This document shows, in pieces, positions 1-12,100 of a DNA stretch of 64,000 nucleotides (position 1 is its first letter; every line of letters starts with the position of its first letter). Under the pieces are notes generated by a model. That model worked only from the letters and a program-made list of their open reading frames with translations, searched no databases and was not told the origin of the DNA. Both the position numbers and the translations under genes were made by a program. The DNA comes from Sphaerodactylus townsendi (Eukaryota), in contig NC_059439.1 of the NCBI RefSeq assembly GCF_021028975.2, forward strand, positions 21,142,001 to 21,206,000. Direction: 5' to 3'.

Positions 1-1286
1 ATTTAAAATACCACTGATGTCTTGTGGGACTCTGAAGGATATCTGTGGATCAGTCTCTATTGCAAACAAACCTCTCCCCAATCAGATATGTGGGGTCTAA
101 TGAATAGACTGGAGCCACTTCAAGCTTCAATATTCAATGAATTCATTAGACCTTCTGAGCCATGAATATTTCACAAATTCACTAGTCCTTTCAGTCTCAG
201 TTTACACACCTACAAAATGGGAATATTAAGCACAACTCATTTTTAGGGTTGTTTGACGAAGAGAAACAGGAAAGCATAATAAATCACTGACTCAGTAGAA
301 GAAATCATTAACGGAAAGGAAGAAATCCTACCTCATGGTGCTAGTAAATTTTTGCACCCCTGTGTAAAAAAGAGAGGGGAAACTGATTTGATTGGAAGGT
401 CACTTTCCTTTGCTTAATAATTCCAGCAAAGGTAGCCATAACAGTCTGTTGAAGCAAAAACAAACAGAAATCCACTGGAACCTTAAAGACTAATAGCAGA
501 CTGCTGGAATAAATTTTGTTACATTTTAAGGTGCCATAGGACTTCCATTTCATTTTACACTTTTATGCCCATCCTGAAAAGCAACTCTGTGAAACTCAGA
601 GGCTAACATTATTCCTATGATCAGATGTTTAAAAGATAGCAACATTTTTTTTTTAAAAAAACCGCTTCTTCATCTTGATTTTGAGGCGAGACAAATCATC
701 CTGTGTCTCCAAATAACTTGGCTTGAGATAATCTTAAAAAGTGGGATGGGAACACAGGGGGCTCCAGATACTGGGGTTACTCCTGAACAGGAATATAGCT
801 GGTGTAGAAACCACCAAAAACAACTCCCCCCCAAAAACAAACTAAAACCCATAACACCACCACCACCCCCAATACCATTCATATCTTCTTGAGACTGGAA
901 GAAGCAGTGGGCAGTTTCCCAACTAAGCTACACCCTAAATCTAGAGTGTGATCCTAGAGGGGTGTGTGTGGATTCATTCTCCAGGTTCCACAGCAAGAAA
1001 TGATGATTTAAAATGACACGGTGTCTGAAGAGCAACCACACCTGTCTCTTCCTCTGGATTTCCAGGACCAAAGATATTAGGGATCGCTCACCACCACAGC
1101 CACCTTTTGGAAAAAGTATATGCAAGGCCCTCAAACTCTCTCCTTCTTGCACAAGCTGAGCCTGCTCCAAGGCGAGCAAAAGCCCCGGGGGGAGAACCGG
1201 GACTGGTGGATGGATACGCCGCCAGAGGCTACGCTGCGTTTCGGAGGACAGGAGAGACATCATCTAGGGATCTGCCAGCCCGAAAG

Positions 1287-1295
1287 TGACTCAGC
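1287..1295 (+). promoter_or_regulatory. AP-1/ARE-like element (TGACTCAGC) just upstream of ATF5 exon 1
   Basis: Exact TGACTCAGC match about 70 nt before uORF1, in a GC-rich region. Motif match only. Confidence 0.35.
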
Positions 1296-1362
1296 TGGCT
1301 CCCTTACCGGCACAGACAGCAGCACACATTTACACGGAGGCACCCGCGGGCGACATCGAGCC

Positions 1363-1404
1363 ATGGCTTTCTCAGACCTTACAGCTCTCCAGAAAGCCAG
1401 CTGA
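1363..1404 (+). other. ATF5: ATF5 uORF1 (MAFSDLTALQKAS*)
   Basis: gccATGG strong Kozak context, first ATG of the leader exon, 33 nt upstream of the uORF2 ATG. Positionally equivalent to mammalian ATF5/ATF4 uORF1. Confidence 0.7.
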
Positions 1405-1437
1405 AGCGTGAATTTCACTTGCTTCAAACTCCGCCCA

Positions 1438-2565
1438 ATGGAGTGAGTCGAGCTCTGGGGGGGCGTGGGCGTGGGCGTGGGGTGGGTCTCGGGTCAGGGG
1501 ATGCCAGTTGGGAGTTGGTGGGCGCTGCTGCGGGGCTGAGCCTCGGGAGGAAAAGGTCCCCAAAACTGTGGGGGTGGGGTTGAGTCTCCGGGCGCGCCTG
1601 GACGCACCAGCAGCCCCCCTCCCAATTGCAATGCATGGGCTGGTCTCGCTTTCCTCCCTGTCACTTTGCAAGCCTGGGGAGGCTGGGGGAGCAGCAGGTG
1701 CTTCGTGCCAAAGCCCGCCGGGAAAAGCCGGTGCGCCCTTGGGGATGTGTGGTGACAGCTCTCCGCCTCCTCCTCCTCTAAGCACGTGAGGACCCGAGGG
1801 AGGAGATGGAAAGCAGAAGGGGCGGGACCCAGCCTTCCACCTCGGCTGGCTCCGGATTGCCACCCTCTTTAGAGGCTGGGAGCGTTTCCCATTCCAGCTT
1901 CACCTCACCCGGTGGCCTCATTCAAGCCGCCACCGCCAAAGTACCAGCACCAATGCATGGGAATTACCGCCAGACGGTTGTCACCAGCAGCCGAGGCCGA
2001 CAAGGGTTGTGTATCCCCCCCCCCCCCTTTGGCTGCTGGAGTGAGATCATTGAGGAGATTCACCATCCAGATTTAGAGAAGCGTCCCACCCCACTCCCCA
2101 CCCCCGCGCCATAGCATATTTGCTAGAACAGTGGGTTATTACTGGCCCACCTTACAGGGATGTTGTAAGGATAGTAAAGACAGTACACTTGGAATCTGAA
2201 AAGTGCTTTACCAATTTAAAACACACACACACACACAAATCAAAGGGAAGTTAACATTTGGATAGAGTTTTACGGCTATGAAATATAACTTTGAAGCCAT
2301 TCTAAATTATATTGTATTTGCTGTCCCGAGTCAGGCTTTAGCGTACCATAAGAATCCCTTTTGGGTTTTTTTCTGCAGTAGACAAATATAGGTGCCGCTG
2401 TGAAATGTACAGATCTTTTCCTGTACAGCTAACTGTACAGGAATACACACACACAAATATATAATTTTATATATTTAAATGTTATTGTTATTGCTATATT
2501 GTTTGTAATACTTGTTGTCCACCGCCCAGAGCCCTTGGGGGATGGGGCGGTTTATAAATGCAATA

Positions 2566-2608
<43 letters not shown>

Positions 2609-2875
2609 CTAACTAACTTTGAAGAACACAACTCCTCTTCCTATCACAAGGCAAAAGCAAGCAGTATGGATTTCGGTCTCGCCTTACCATTTCCCTCCTC
2701 CTCCTCCTCCTCCTCCAGGTCTCGTTTCGCCACCACCGCCAGCCCTGCCTGCAGGAGTCCAGCCCCTCCTGGCCTGCTGCGTCCCAACCCTGCGTCTGAC
2801 GTGAACGACCATCACTACAATGTCTCTGCTGGCGGCGCTGACCCTGGACCTGGACCTGACCATGCTCCCAGCTAG
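1438..2875 (+). other. ATF5: ATF5 inhibitory uORF2, 53 aa, spliced: 1438-1442 + 2719-2875
   Basis: ATGGA|gtgagt donor at 1443 and (cct)n-ccag acceptor at 2718 give MESRFATTASPA...GPGPDHAPS*. It overlaps the main ATG (2820) out of frame and resembles the mammalian uORF2 (MESS...GPAPS*). Confidence 0.85.
2565..2606. repeat. (TAAA)n microsatellite, tail of a short retroposon fragment
   Basis: About 10 TAAA units after a ...gggcggtttataaat SINE/LINE-like 3' end. Confidence 0.85.
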
Positions 2876-5235
2876 CACTGCATCCTGCAGGCCGGAGCTG
2901 CTCAAGCACCGGCTGCCCACGCCGGTCACTACGAGCTGCTAACCGGACCTGTAGATGAGGGCTTTGCCCTCAGTATGGAGCGCCCACTACTATCAGGTGA
3001 AAAAATTGGGCCCAGGGGAAGAGAAAGAATCCCCAGGGAGAGGAGGAGCAAAAGACAGGCTGGTCCCCGGTACACCATGTAACGTAGATCACATGAAGCT
3101 GCCTTAACTTAGTCAGACTCTTGGTTCATCATTGCCCACTCTGACTGGCAGCAGCTCTCTTAGGCAAAAGTCTTTCAGATCAACTACTTGCTACTTCTTT
3201 TAACTAGAGGTGCTGAGGAGTGAACTTGGCACCTTCTACATGCCAAGCAGAGGCTTTTCCACTGACCTTTGGCACTCTCCACGTAGATTCTCCGCGGCAC
3301 TGAACAAAGGGCAAAGGTTAACATTTCTTTGGATACCGAAGTTTTGATTATTCAATATAATTCATACCATTGAATCCAATTAGTCCAGTCGCCATGCGTA
3401 GTAGTATTAGGAGGCGGAGTTTGGATTTATACCCCCCTTTCTCTCCTGTAGAAGACTCAAAGGGGCTTAAAATCTCTTTTCCCTTCCCTCCCCCCCCCCA
3501 ACAAACACCCTGTGAGGTGGGGCTGAGAGAGCTCCGAGAAGCTGTGACTAGCCCAAGATGCCAGCTGGCAATAACGGAGTGCACAGGCTGTCGTGAATTC
3601 CCCAAGATAAGCCCCTCAAACCAAAGTGGCAGAGCGGGGAATCAGCCGGTCCTCCCGGATTCCCGGATGCACCTGCTCTTAACCACTACACCACTGCTGC
3701 TCTCAGCAGTTGGAATATCTTTAAATGATGCTATCCCTCTTGAAATTTCTAATGCCCACCCCTTAGCCCTGCCCCTGGTGCCAAGTTTAATGACATTTAG
3801 TTAAACCCTGGGCAGTTTTGAGGACTGCTTGAAAGCTGGAAGATAATCAATGTTTCTCCAATAGCAGACATTGGAGAGGCTCCCATTGATGGGGATGCAT
3901 TTCTGTTCCGTCTTTCTGCCCATTATTTACATACTACACAGGATGCTTAGGAAGGCTGCTACACTGCTAGGGCAGTGATGGCGGGAGCTGCTTGAGGCTA
4001 GAGTGCTGAAATTACGGCCCAAAACTCACTTGAGGCTGGGTATAACCACGGTAATTTAATCTGAACCTTTAGAGAATTTGGGTTTTGAAAAAAACTTTTT
4101 TTTCGGAGTTGCATTTCGAGATAACGTTACTCAGGGAGTAAAGCTTGGTGGTGGTTGGTGGCTTTGCTTTGGAAGCGGCTATTCGAAGCTCTTCCAATGC
4201 GGGTGAATCACGACCCTGGGAAGGTTTACTCAGAAGCGGGCCCCATTGCCAGCAACTAGGCTTACTCACAGGTAAAGAATCGGCGCTTTAGTTGCTTCAC
4301 ATGAAAATCAGAGGGGTTTACCTACCATGGCTCGCAGGGTTACCTACGCTGCTTACCCAAAGCCAGAGTCTTAGGTTTAATCACTAATAAAGTAAATTGC
4401 CCAGCTTGGCCCAAGCCAGCTAAGATGTGCGTAGGGGGCATAACTGCTTTAGCGTTGCCCACCGAGAGGACTCTGAAATTACCACATAAACGGCGCCATG
4501 GGTTAATAGCTCGCTGCTAGGGAATCTTGTATGGTTTAAAACAGACACAGCTTGTCTGTCCACCGCTGACTTTGCCCCTGCTTGTCTGCAGGCGATGGCT
4601 ACTCAGACTGGATGACGGAGCGCACGGACCTGGCCACGCTCCTGAGCGGGTCAGGGGAGTCCTTGCCGCTCTCACTGCCCTCCCCTCCAACTCCGGACCT
4701 GGAGGCCATGGCTTCGCTGCTCAAGAAAGAGTTGGAGCAGATGGAGGACTATTTCTTGGAAGAGTCGCTCTCTCCTGATCAGGTAGCGCCCAGCACGCCC
4801 CCTTCTGAGGGGAATTTCCACTTTCCTTTCGGGGATGGGTTCCAGCCCTTGGAGCACCACACCACGCCTGCCCCCCTGCAGACCTTGGATTCGAGCTGCT
4901 TAGAGCTGTTAGAACTCTATGGTAGAGATGGCCCCGCCGAGCTTCCTCTGCAAAGCAGTGAAGTACCCACCCCATTACAACGCCCGCCTACCCTACCACC
5001 AAAGGGGGACAGGCGTCAGAAGAAGCGGGACCAGAACAAAACAGCGGCCCTGCGGTACCGTCAGCGCAAACGGGCTGAACACGAGGCCCTAGGGGATGAG
5101 TGCCAGGCCCTGGAGGCGCACAACCGCGAGCTACGCGAGAAAGCGGAATCTATCGAGAGAGAGATCCAGTATGTCAAGGATTTACTTATCGAGGTCTATA
5201 AGGCACGGAGCCAGCGCCTCCGCACCACCCCTTAG
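2820..5235 (+). CDS. ATF5: Activating transcription factor 5 (bZIP); exons 2820-2996 and 4592-5235; apparent 1-nt deletion near 2876; about 273 aa if corrected
   Basis: N-terminus [19 protein letters not shown]; [11 protein letters not shown]; [18 protein letters not shown]; b[28 protein letters not shown]...[25 protein letters not shown] intron 2997-4591. Confidence 0.95.
3411..3702 (-). mobile_element. tRNA-derived SINE in ATF5 intron 2
   Basis: Reverse complement of the family at 10594-10912. Related copies at about 6727-6940, 22280-22570, 53675-53950, 55115-55345, 57630-57790, 59270-59455 and 62605-62770. Confidence 0.8.
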
Positions 5236-5908
5236 AAGCAGGGAGCTGCAATCCTCTTTTGTTTTCCCCACCCGTCCAGAAACAGAGCCAAAACCTTAGA
5301 GGGGGCACTGGATATGGTCGGAACTTCGAGGAAGCTGCACTTATTTGCGGAACTCAAAGTAAAGGGGGCACTTATGTGAATAAGACTGAGGAAGCATGTA
5401 GGAGTAAAGTTGGGGAGGCATTGGGAATCAGTAGCCTGTGTGGTAACGTGAGTGGCTATATGAACTATGCAAGAAAAATTCAGAGTCAAGTGGGGCTACT
5501 AAACTCTGGGTAGATCAGGGTGAAGGGTAAATGGATTTCATTTGGATAAACATGGTACTGCTGAGGTAAGAGAGGCTGAGGGCCCCAGATTCCAGAATTA
5601 CTACCCCAGAGTAAGAGAGTCCCAGATTCATGACAGCAGGTTTGGGGTTTCTAGAGGATAGGCGGTATGGGGTCTCTCTCTCTCTTCCCCCCCTTTCTTC
5701 CCACTTACCTGGTAAAAGTCATAGTTCCAAGGCTATTCTGCATGTACACTTTCATAGCACTGCATTTTTTGCGCTTTACCTTTAACACCAACTGTACACC
5801 AACCGACGCGATTTTAACCACCCACTTTCAGGAATGATGTCATTGGCTGGCGTTTGAAGCAAAAGCACACCTCAAACCGGGCATTGTCCAATCAGCAAAC
5901 ACCAAGGG

Positions 5909-5914
5909 TTTATT
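5909..5914 (-). terminator. LIG1: Candidate LIG1 polyadenylation signal AATAAA
   Basis: tttatt on the + strand, about 230 nt past the LIG1 stop codon. Confidence 0.6.
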
Positions 5915-6145
5915 AACAGATCACCAACGCTACACTTGACTGCCACTGGGCAGGTGGAGGTAAACTCGTCATAAGCTAGTACCTGCAATGAAAGTTAGCA
6001 TCTGGTTTCAGTGTACTCCTAATCAAGCTTCACAAGGCGGCCAGCTGCATTTGTAAGTCTCAGCTTCAAGAAGGCCGAAGGAGGCTCTCATCCCACGGAA
6101 GAAGCAGAAAAGAAGACTTTTTGCCCAACCAGATGAACACCTTTA

Positions 6146-9100
6146 CTAGTAAAAATCATCATCGCCTTTTTCCACTGACTGCTGGTTCTGGATCTGCTGC
6201 TGCTTCCGGTATAGCTCGGCCACCTGCAACCAGAGAAACATATTGTGGGCAGCAGTCTCTGTTCCGGCGGCTTTCATGCTATATACCCAAACTGCTATAT
6301 TTTATTCCTGTTTTTATTCCTATCCTGCTTTTCTCCCAGATTGGGGACCCAAAACAGCTTTCACACCATTTCCTGCCACCTCCAATTAATCCTCGCAACA
6401 AACACCTTGTGAGGGTAGGTTAGGCTGAGACATCACAAAGGGGACAAGGTCACCTGGCAAGCATCCATGGTTGAGCAAGGGGTTTGAAGCCAGATGTTCT
6501 AGGTCTTGGTCTGAAATTCAACCACTGTGCCATGGTAGCCCTGAGACCCTGCTCTTTGGCTGACCTTTACCATCACCCTTTATATCAGAAGTCCTTGGGA
6601 AGGGTGGTTTCTAGTCATATTTCACTGAAGCATTTTCACAGTAGTGGATACTGTCTGGTTCCAATGGGATAAGATAAATGTAATTCTCTTTCCTTTTACC
6701 AGTGATTACCAGTGATTAATACAAAGGCACAGCCAATGCGGTGTACTGGTTAAGAGTGGCAGACTCTAATCTGGAGAACCGGGTTCGATTCCCTGCTCCT
6801 CCTCGTGAAGTCCACATGGGTGACCTTGAGCCAGTCATAGCTCAAGAACTCTCTCAATCCGTGCAGAGGCAAGCAATGGCAAACTGCCTCTGAACATCTC
6901 TTGCCTTGACAGTCCTATAGGTCAACTGAGACTTGACGACATGCACAGGCACATAACACAACATTAAAAAGGAGTTAGAAGCCATTTTGTGCACAGCTGT
7001 GGGAGGTCAGTGTTCCTGGCAGTAAGAGCTGTTCAACAGTGGAATGCACTACCTTGGAGTGTGGTGGAGTCTCCTTTTTTGGAGGTTTCTAAAGAGAGGC
7101 TGGATGGCCACCTGCCAGGAGTGGTTTGATTGTGTGTTCCTGCATTGCAGGGGGTTGGACTTGATGGCCTTTGGGGATCTCTTCCAACTATGATACTCAT
7201 TGCTTAATTCTATACTTTATGACCCATCCGCTTCTATACCTGGGTGCTAGCAGTAGCCTCTTCTGGTTTCTTATCTTCTCGAATGCGAAGGAATCTGGGG
7301 AAGCGTAGAGAAATTCCTTTTTCCTCATCCACCTACAGCACAAGGACAATTTGATCTGGATAGGGTCTTCCAATATCCAGTTACTTGTCACCGCAGACAG
7401 TTCCATACCAAAGTATGCAAAATTAACTTTGTGCAGCAATCTCAAAACCAGTCTTGGATAGTTATAGGGTCAGCAACCTTTACAACCCAAAGAGCCATTT
7501 GGACCCGTTTTCTACAGCCCCGAAGATCTATGGAGCCGCCTCCGGTTTGGCCCCTCTACTCACCTTTCCTTCCAGTGCTGGGAGGCGGAGGCGCCAGGCA
7601 GGGAAACCCCCTCTGCCCGATGGAGCAGGCAGTCACCTGCTCCATGGGGCAGAGGGGGGATGGCGGCTGCAGGGATAGCAGAGGGGGATGGCTGCTGCTC
7701 TGGAGGAACACGCCCACGCTACCCTAAGACCTCCTGGGGTCGGAGGGTAGCGTGGGCGTGTCCCTACAACCCTCCAGAGCAGAGCTGGAGGAGAGGTGAG
7801 TGGAGGGGACGCGAAAAGCATGGGGCCGCCTCTGGTTTGGCCCCTCGCCTCACCTTTCCTTCCAGCGTTGCTCTGGAGGGCTGGAGGGACACGCCAATGC
7901 TACCCTCCGACCTCCAGGCCACATGGAGCCGCAGTATAAGGCTGAAAGAGCCGCAAATTGCAGACCCCTGTTATAGCCTATTTAGAACACGTTGTACGTT
8001 GGTAGACAGAATTATAACATGAAGAGGATAGTTAACAGTATGTATGGAGCAAAAAAAAAATCTGGTATGCTAATAGCAGATAGTAAATCTATATTGAGAA
8101 GAAATGTTTAGTGCAGAATTCTATCCACATGTGTACCTCTTCCTTACCAGCCTATTAGTCACTCACCAAACCAGCAGCTGCTTTGTGAACAGGAGAAATG
8201 GATAAATCAGCACACTTCACTTCCCAGACGTGTTGGGCCTCCAGCCAATGATCAGGCTCAACTGTTCCACCCCAACGGTAGTACGGACGTGGCTGTGGAA
8301 TCACGTGGTCCTGCAAAAGACAGACTAGGCTGAATAGTATTTGCACAGCAGTACCACACAAGTTAGTTACTTTTTTCAATCTGATGACTGGAGTATTTGA
8401 AGATGACGTGTGCCATTCCTGTCTAGCCATAAGAATCAGAACTTTTTCTCCCTACTTGTCCCCTTCCAGTGGTTCAAACCATGAGATGCTCCCCTCTCCA
8501 TCCACTAGAGAACAGAAAACTTGGCTGGGATAATGTTTGCCTTTAGAGATACTGGGGATGGGGCAAGGGGCAAGGGCATCTGCTGGTCCTTGACGGAGAG
8601 GATGTCCTGTGAAAGCAGGGAAGAGGGCCCACCTTGAGGGAAGCGTGGATTTTCTCCAGGTCTTCATCTGAGAATCCAGTGCCTATCTGAGAGCAGAGGG
8701 AGGGATGGCTGTTAAAAATCGAACAGTGGTTTGTTGTTGCCCTGCTGGCAAACACATCAGACGAATATGATGCAGGAAATACAAGCCACCAGCAAAAGCC
8801 ATCCCTACATATTTTTGCAAACCAACCCATTCACTTTAGTCCTTTCATCTCTCAGGCCCCTTCCGCACATGCAGAATAATGCACTTCCAACCCACTTTCA
8901 ATGCATTTTGTGCGAAATAGCAAAATCCACTAGAAAACAATCGTGAACGTGGATTGAAAGTGCATTATTCTGCATGTGCGGAAGGGGCCTCAGAGTTGCA
9001 GCCAGGTCCAAATAATGTCAACCACAACAGTCCCAACTTCATCAAGGTAAGTGTACTTGATGAAACCATAAACTTCCCCAAGACAGGAGAAAAGTGCCCA

Positions 9101-12100
9101 AATGTCTTAATACTAGGATCGTGGTGGCGAACCTATGGCACTCCAGATGTTCATGGACTACAATTCCCATCATCCCCTGCCAGCATGGCCAATTGGTCAT
9201 GCTGAAAGGGGCTGATGGGAATTGTGGATCCTCGAACATCTCGGAACCTATAGGCTATCAGTCTCTGTAATAGGCCCTGTAAGCCTGGGGGATCTGCCCA
9301 CCTTGCAGATGCTCTGGAACTCCTCATTTTCCTCATCATAGCAAGCTAAGAGGTAGCCTCCATAGCTGCCTGCACGTTTGCCCTTGCCCAGGTAAGCACC
9401 AATCACCACCAGGTCTAATGTGTCCCCAACACCATCCAGGTAATCTTTTTTAAGCTGAAACAGGGAATAGGTATCCATGGTAGAAAACAGAAATAGAATA
9501 GGTATTAATTAAATTATCTGATTTGATATCCCAGGCTCAGGGAGGCTAACACACCTAGGCTTATTCCGCATGGGCCAAAAACAGCAGTGTGAAAACGGTG
9601 TGAAAATGGTGTAAATGGGTTTAAAACGGTGTAAAAGGGTTTATGCTGTTTTCACACCGCTGTTTTTGGCCCATGCGGAATCAGCCACAGTTTAATAACA
9701 ATCACAAACCCCATAATTTAAATAATGAAAAGTTAAAAACTTTCTAACATCTAGAGTTCCCCAGATGGTGACTTAAAATCAGACTAATTGCCCATATAAT
9801 AAATCACAAGTCCCCAGGTACAGGCAGTAAACTTGTATTGGGCAGCAGGAACGTCTCTGGTGCTTCTAATATTACAAATTATAACCATGAAACCAGATAT
9901 AAATGAATCTTGTCCCTGTGATTTTTTTTCGCCATCAAATCACAGCTGATTTATGGCAACCCTGTAGGTCAGTGGTGGCGAATCTTTGGCACTCCAAATG
10001 TTATGGACTACAATTCCCATCAGCCCCTGCCAGCATGGCCAATTGGCCATGCTGGCAGGGGCTGATGGAAATTGTAGTCCTTAACATCTGGAGTGCAAAA
10101 GGTTCACCACCACGGCTGTAGGTTTTCAAGGCAAGAGATATTCAGAGTGGGCTTACCGTTGTCTGCCTCCGTGTTGTAGCCCTGCTATTCCTTGATGGTC
10201 TCCCATCCATATAACTTGCCAGGTTAGAGCAGTGACAGAGTGAGAGGGAATTGTGCCCGGGACACAACCTTCCCGTGTGCCCGCCCCGCCCCTGGGAGGG
10301 GGGCCTGGGGGGTGATTTTTCTGCGCCCATGTGACGCCAATAGCACGCGCCCGGTGCGCAGTGCCCCCCCTGTTCCATTGCAGCTTCACAACTGAGGAAG
10401 AAACTGCCTGTGTGTGACTGACTTAAGGCCACTCAGCAAGTTTCCATACCAAAGTAGGAATTCAAACCTGGGTTTCCTGGATCCTAGTCCACTACACCAT
10501 GCTGCTCTCTCTGTGAAAAACACTAACTAGAAATATCTTTATTTCTAAAGATATTTCTAAAAATATCTTTCTAAAAATATCTTTATTTCTAAAGGAGCAG
10601 CAGTGGTGTAGGAGGTTAAGAGCTCATGTATCTAATCTGGAGGAACCGGGTTTGATTCCCAGCTCTGCCGCCTGAGCTGTGGGGGCTTATCTGGGGAATT
10701 CAGATTAGCCTGTGCACTCCCACACACGCCAGCTGGGTGACCCAGCCTTGGAGCTGAAGTCACAGCTTCTCAGGGAGACTCTCTCAGCCCCACCTACCTC
10801 ACAGGGTGTTTGTTGTGAGGGGGGAAGGGCAAGGAGATTGTAAGCCCCTTTGAGTCTCCTGCAGGAGAGAAAGGGGGGATATAAATCCAAACTCTTCTTA
10901 CTCTTCTTCTTTACTCTAAATGCCTCTCTAATTTGGGAGGGAAAAAGAGACACTGGTGCCCAACATGTTGCTCAAGCAGGCTAGGTGTCCTTCTTGTATT
11001 AGGTGACCACCCAGGCATTCAGTTCTCACCTTCAGCCAGTTGTGGGATCTCTTTGCAATTTCATACGTGGCGTCCACTTCCAGTGTTTTGACCATTAGCC
11101 CCTCACATGAATCTGAACGAGAAAAATCGCCTTATTATTCAATCCCCTCCTCAGTACAATTTAAACTCAGTTTGCTTCGGGGTGGGGGGTGGGGTAAGGA
11201 AATAATACAGGGAAAGGAAAGTCCTGGTTGAGCGTGCATTTCTTCCACAATACCTTTGATGGAGCACTCCAGGAAATCTGCTATTTCATCAGTGTTACTA
11301 GTATCCATGGAGGTGGCAAACAGGAACTGGCCTTCAACCTCCGTGAAAGAATCACGCAACAAAGTCCGGCGCTGGGTGAGGGGTTCTCGGACCAAAGACT
11401 GGGTGAACACAACAATTATGTATTAACGAGGCGGGCACTGATGAGGGTCCCCAGTAGGAGTATAAAAGGCTGGAAAGCAGAACAGCACCAAATGTGAATC
11501 AGTAAGGGAGAATGGCTATACTCACCTGCCCATTGAGGTAGAGAATGTCAAACGCATACACGCACACTTGCACACGGATCTCTGCAGCGTCCACATCCTG
11601 GAAAACAATAACATTTTCAAAGCAGAGCACAATGTCTTTCAAATATTTCTGCTCGTTTGCTCATACGTTCCTCAGAGATCTTTTGCAAACCCCCGCAAAC
11701 AGCTGCTGGAAGAGCAATATCCCTTCTGTGTGTCCCTTAATTTCTTCACAGAGACTGCCTTTGTTCTCCAAGTAATCATTTTCACTGCTCAAAACCCTCT
11801 CTGAGCTCAATCACTCTCACTGTCACTGTGATATAGTCTGTGGGACCACCTCTCCAGATACATCCCCAGGAGAGAACTTCGCTCCTTGTTGGTGATCCCT
11901 GATCTGAAAGATCAGTTCAGTTCTGGTCGCCACATCTCAAAAAGGATATTGAGGAGATAGAAAAAGTGCAGAGAAGGGCAACGAGGATGATTGAGGGACT
12001 GGAGCACCTTCCTTATGAGGAGAGGCTGCAGCGTTTGGGACTCTTTAGTTTGGAGAGGAGACGTCTGAGGGGGGATATGATTGAAGTCTATAAAATTATG

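Noticed and set aside
2873-2881. Programmed readthrough of the uORF2 stop or -1 ribosomal frameshifting to rescue ATF5
   Set aside because: No slippery heptamer; TAG CAC TGC is not a canonical strong readthrough context; a 1-nt assembly deletion is simpler.
10594-10680. tRNA gene (also at 6727 and 17485)
   Set aside because: The A/B boxes belong to multicopy SINE heads; no complete cloverleaf.
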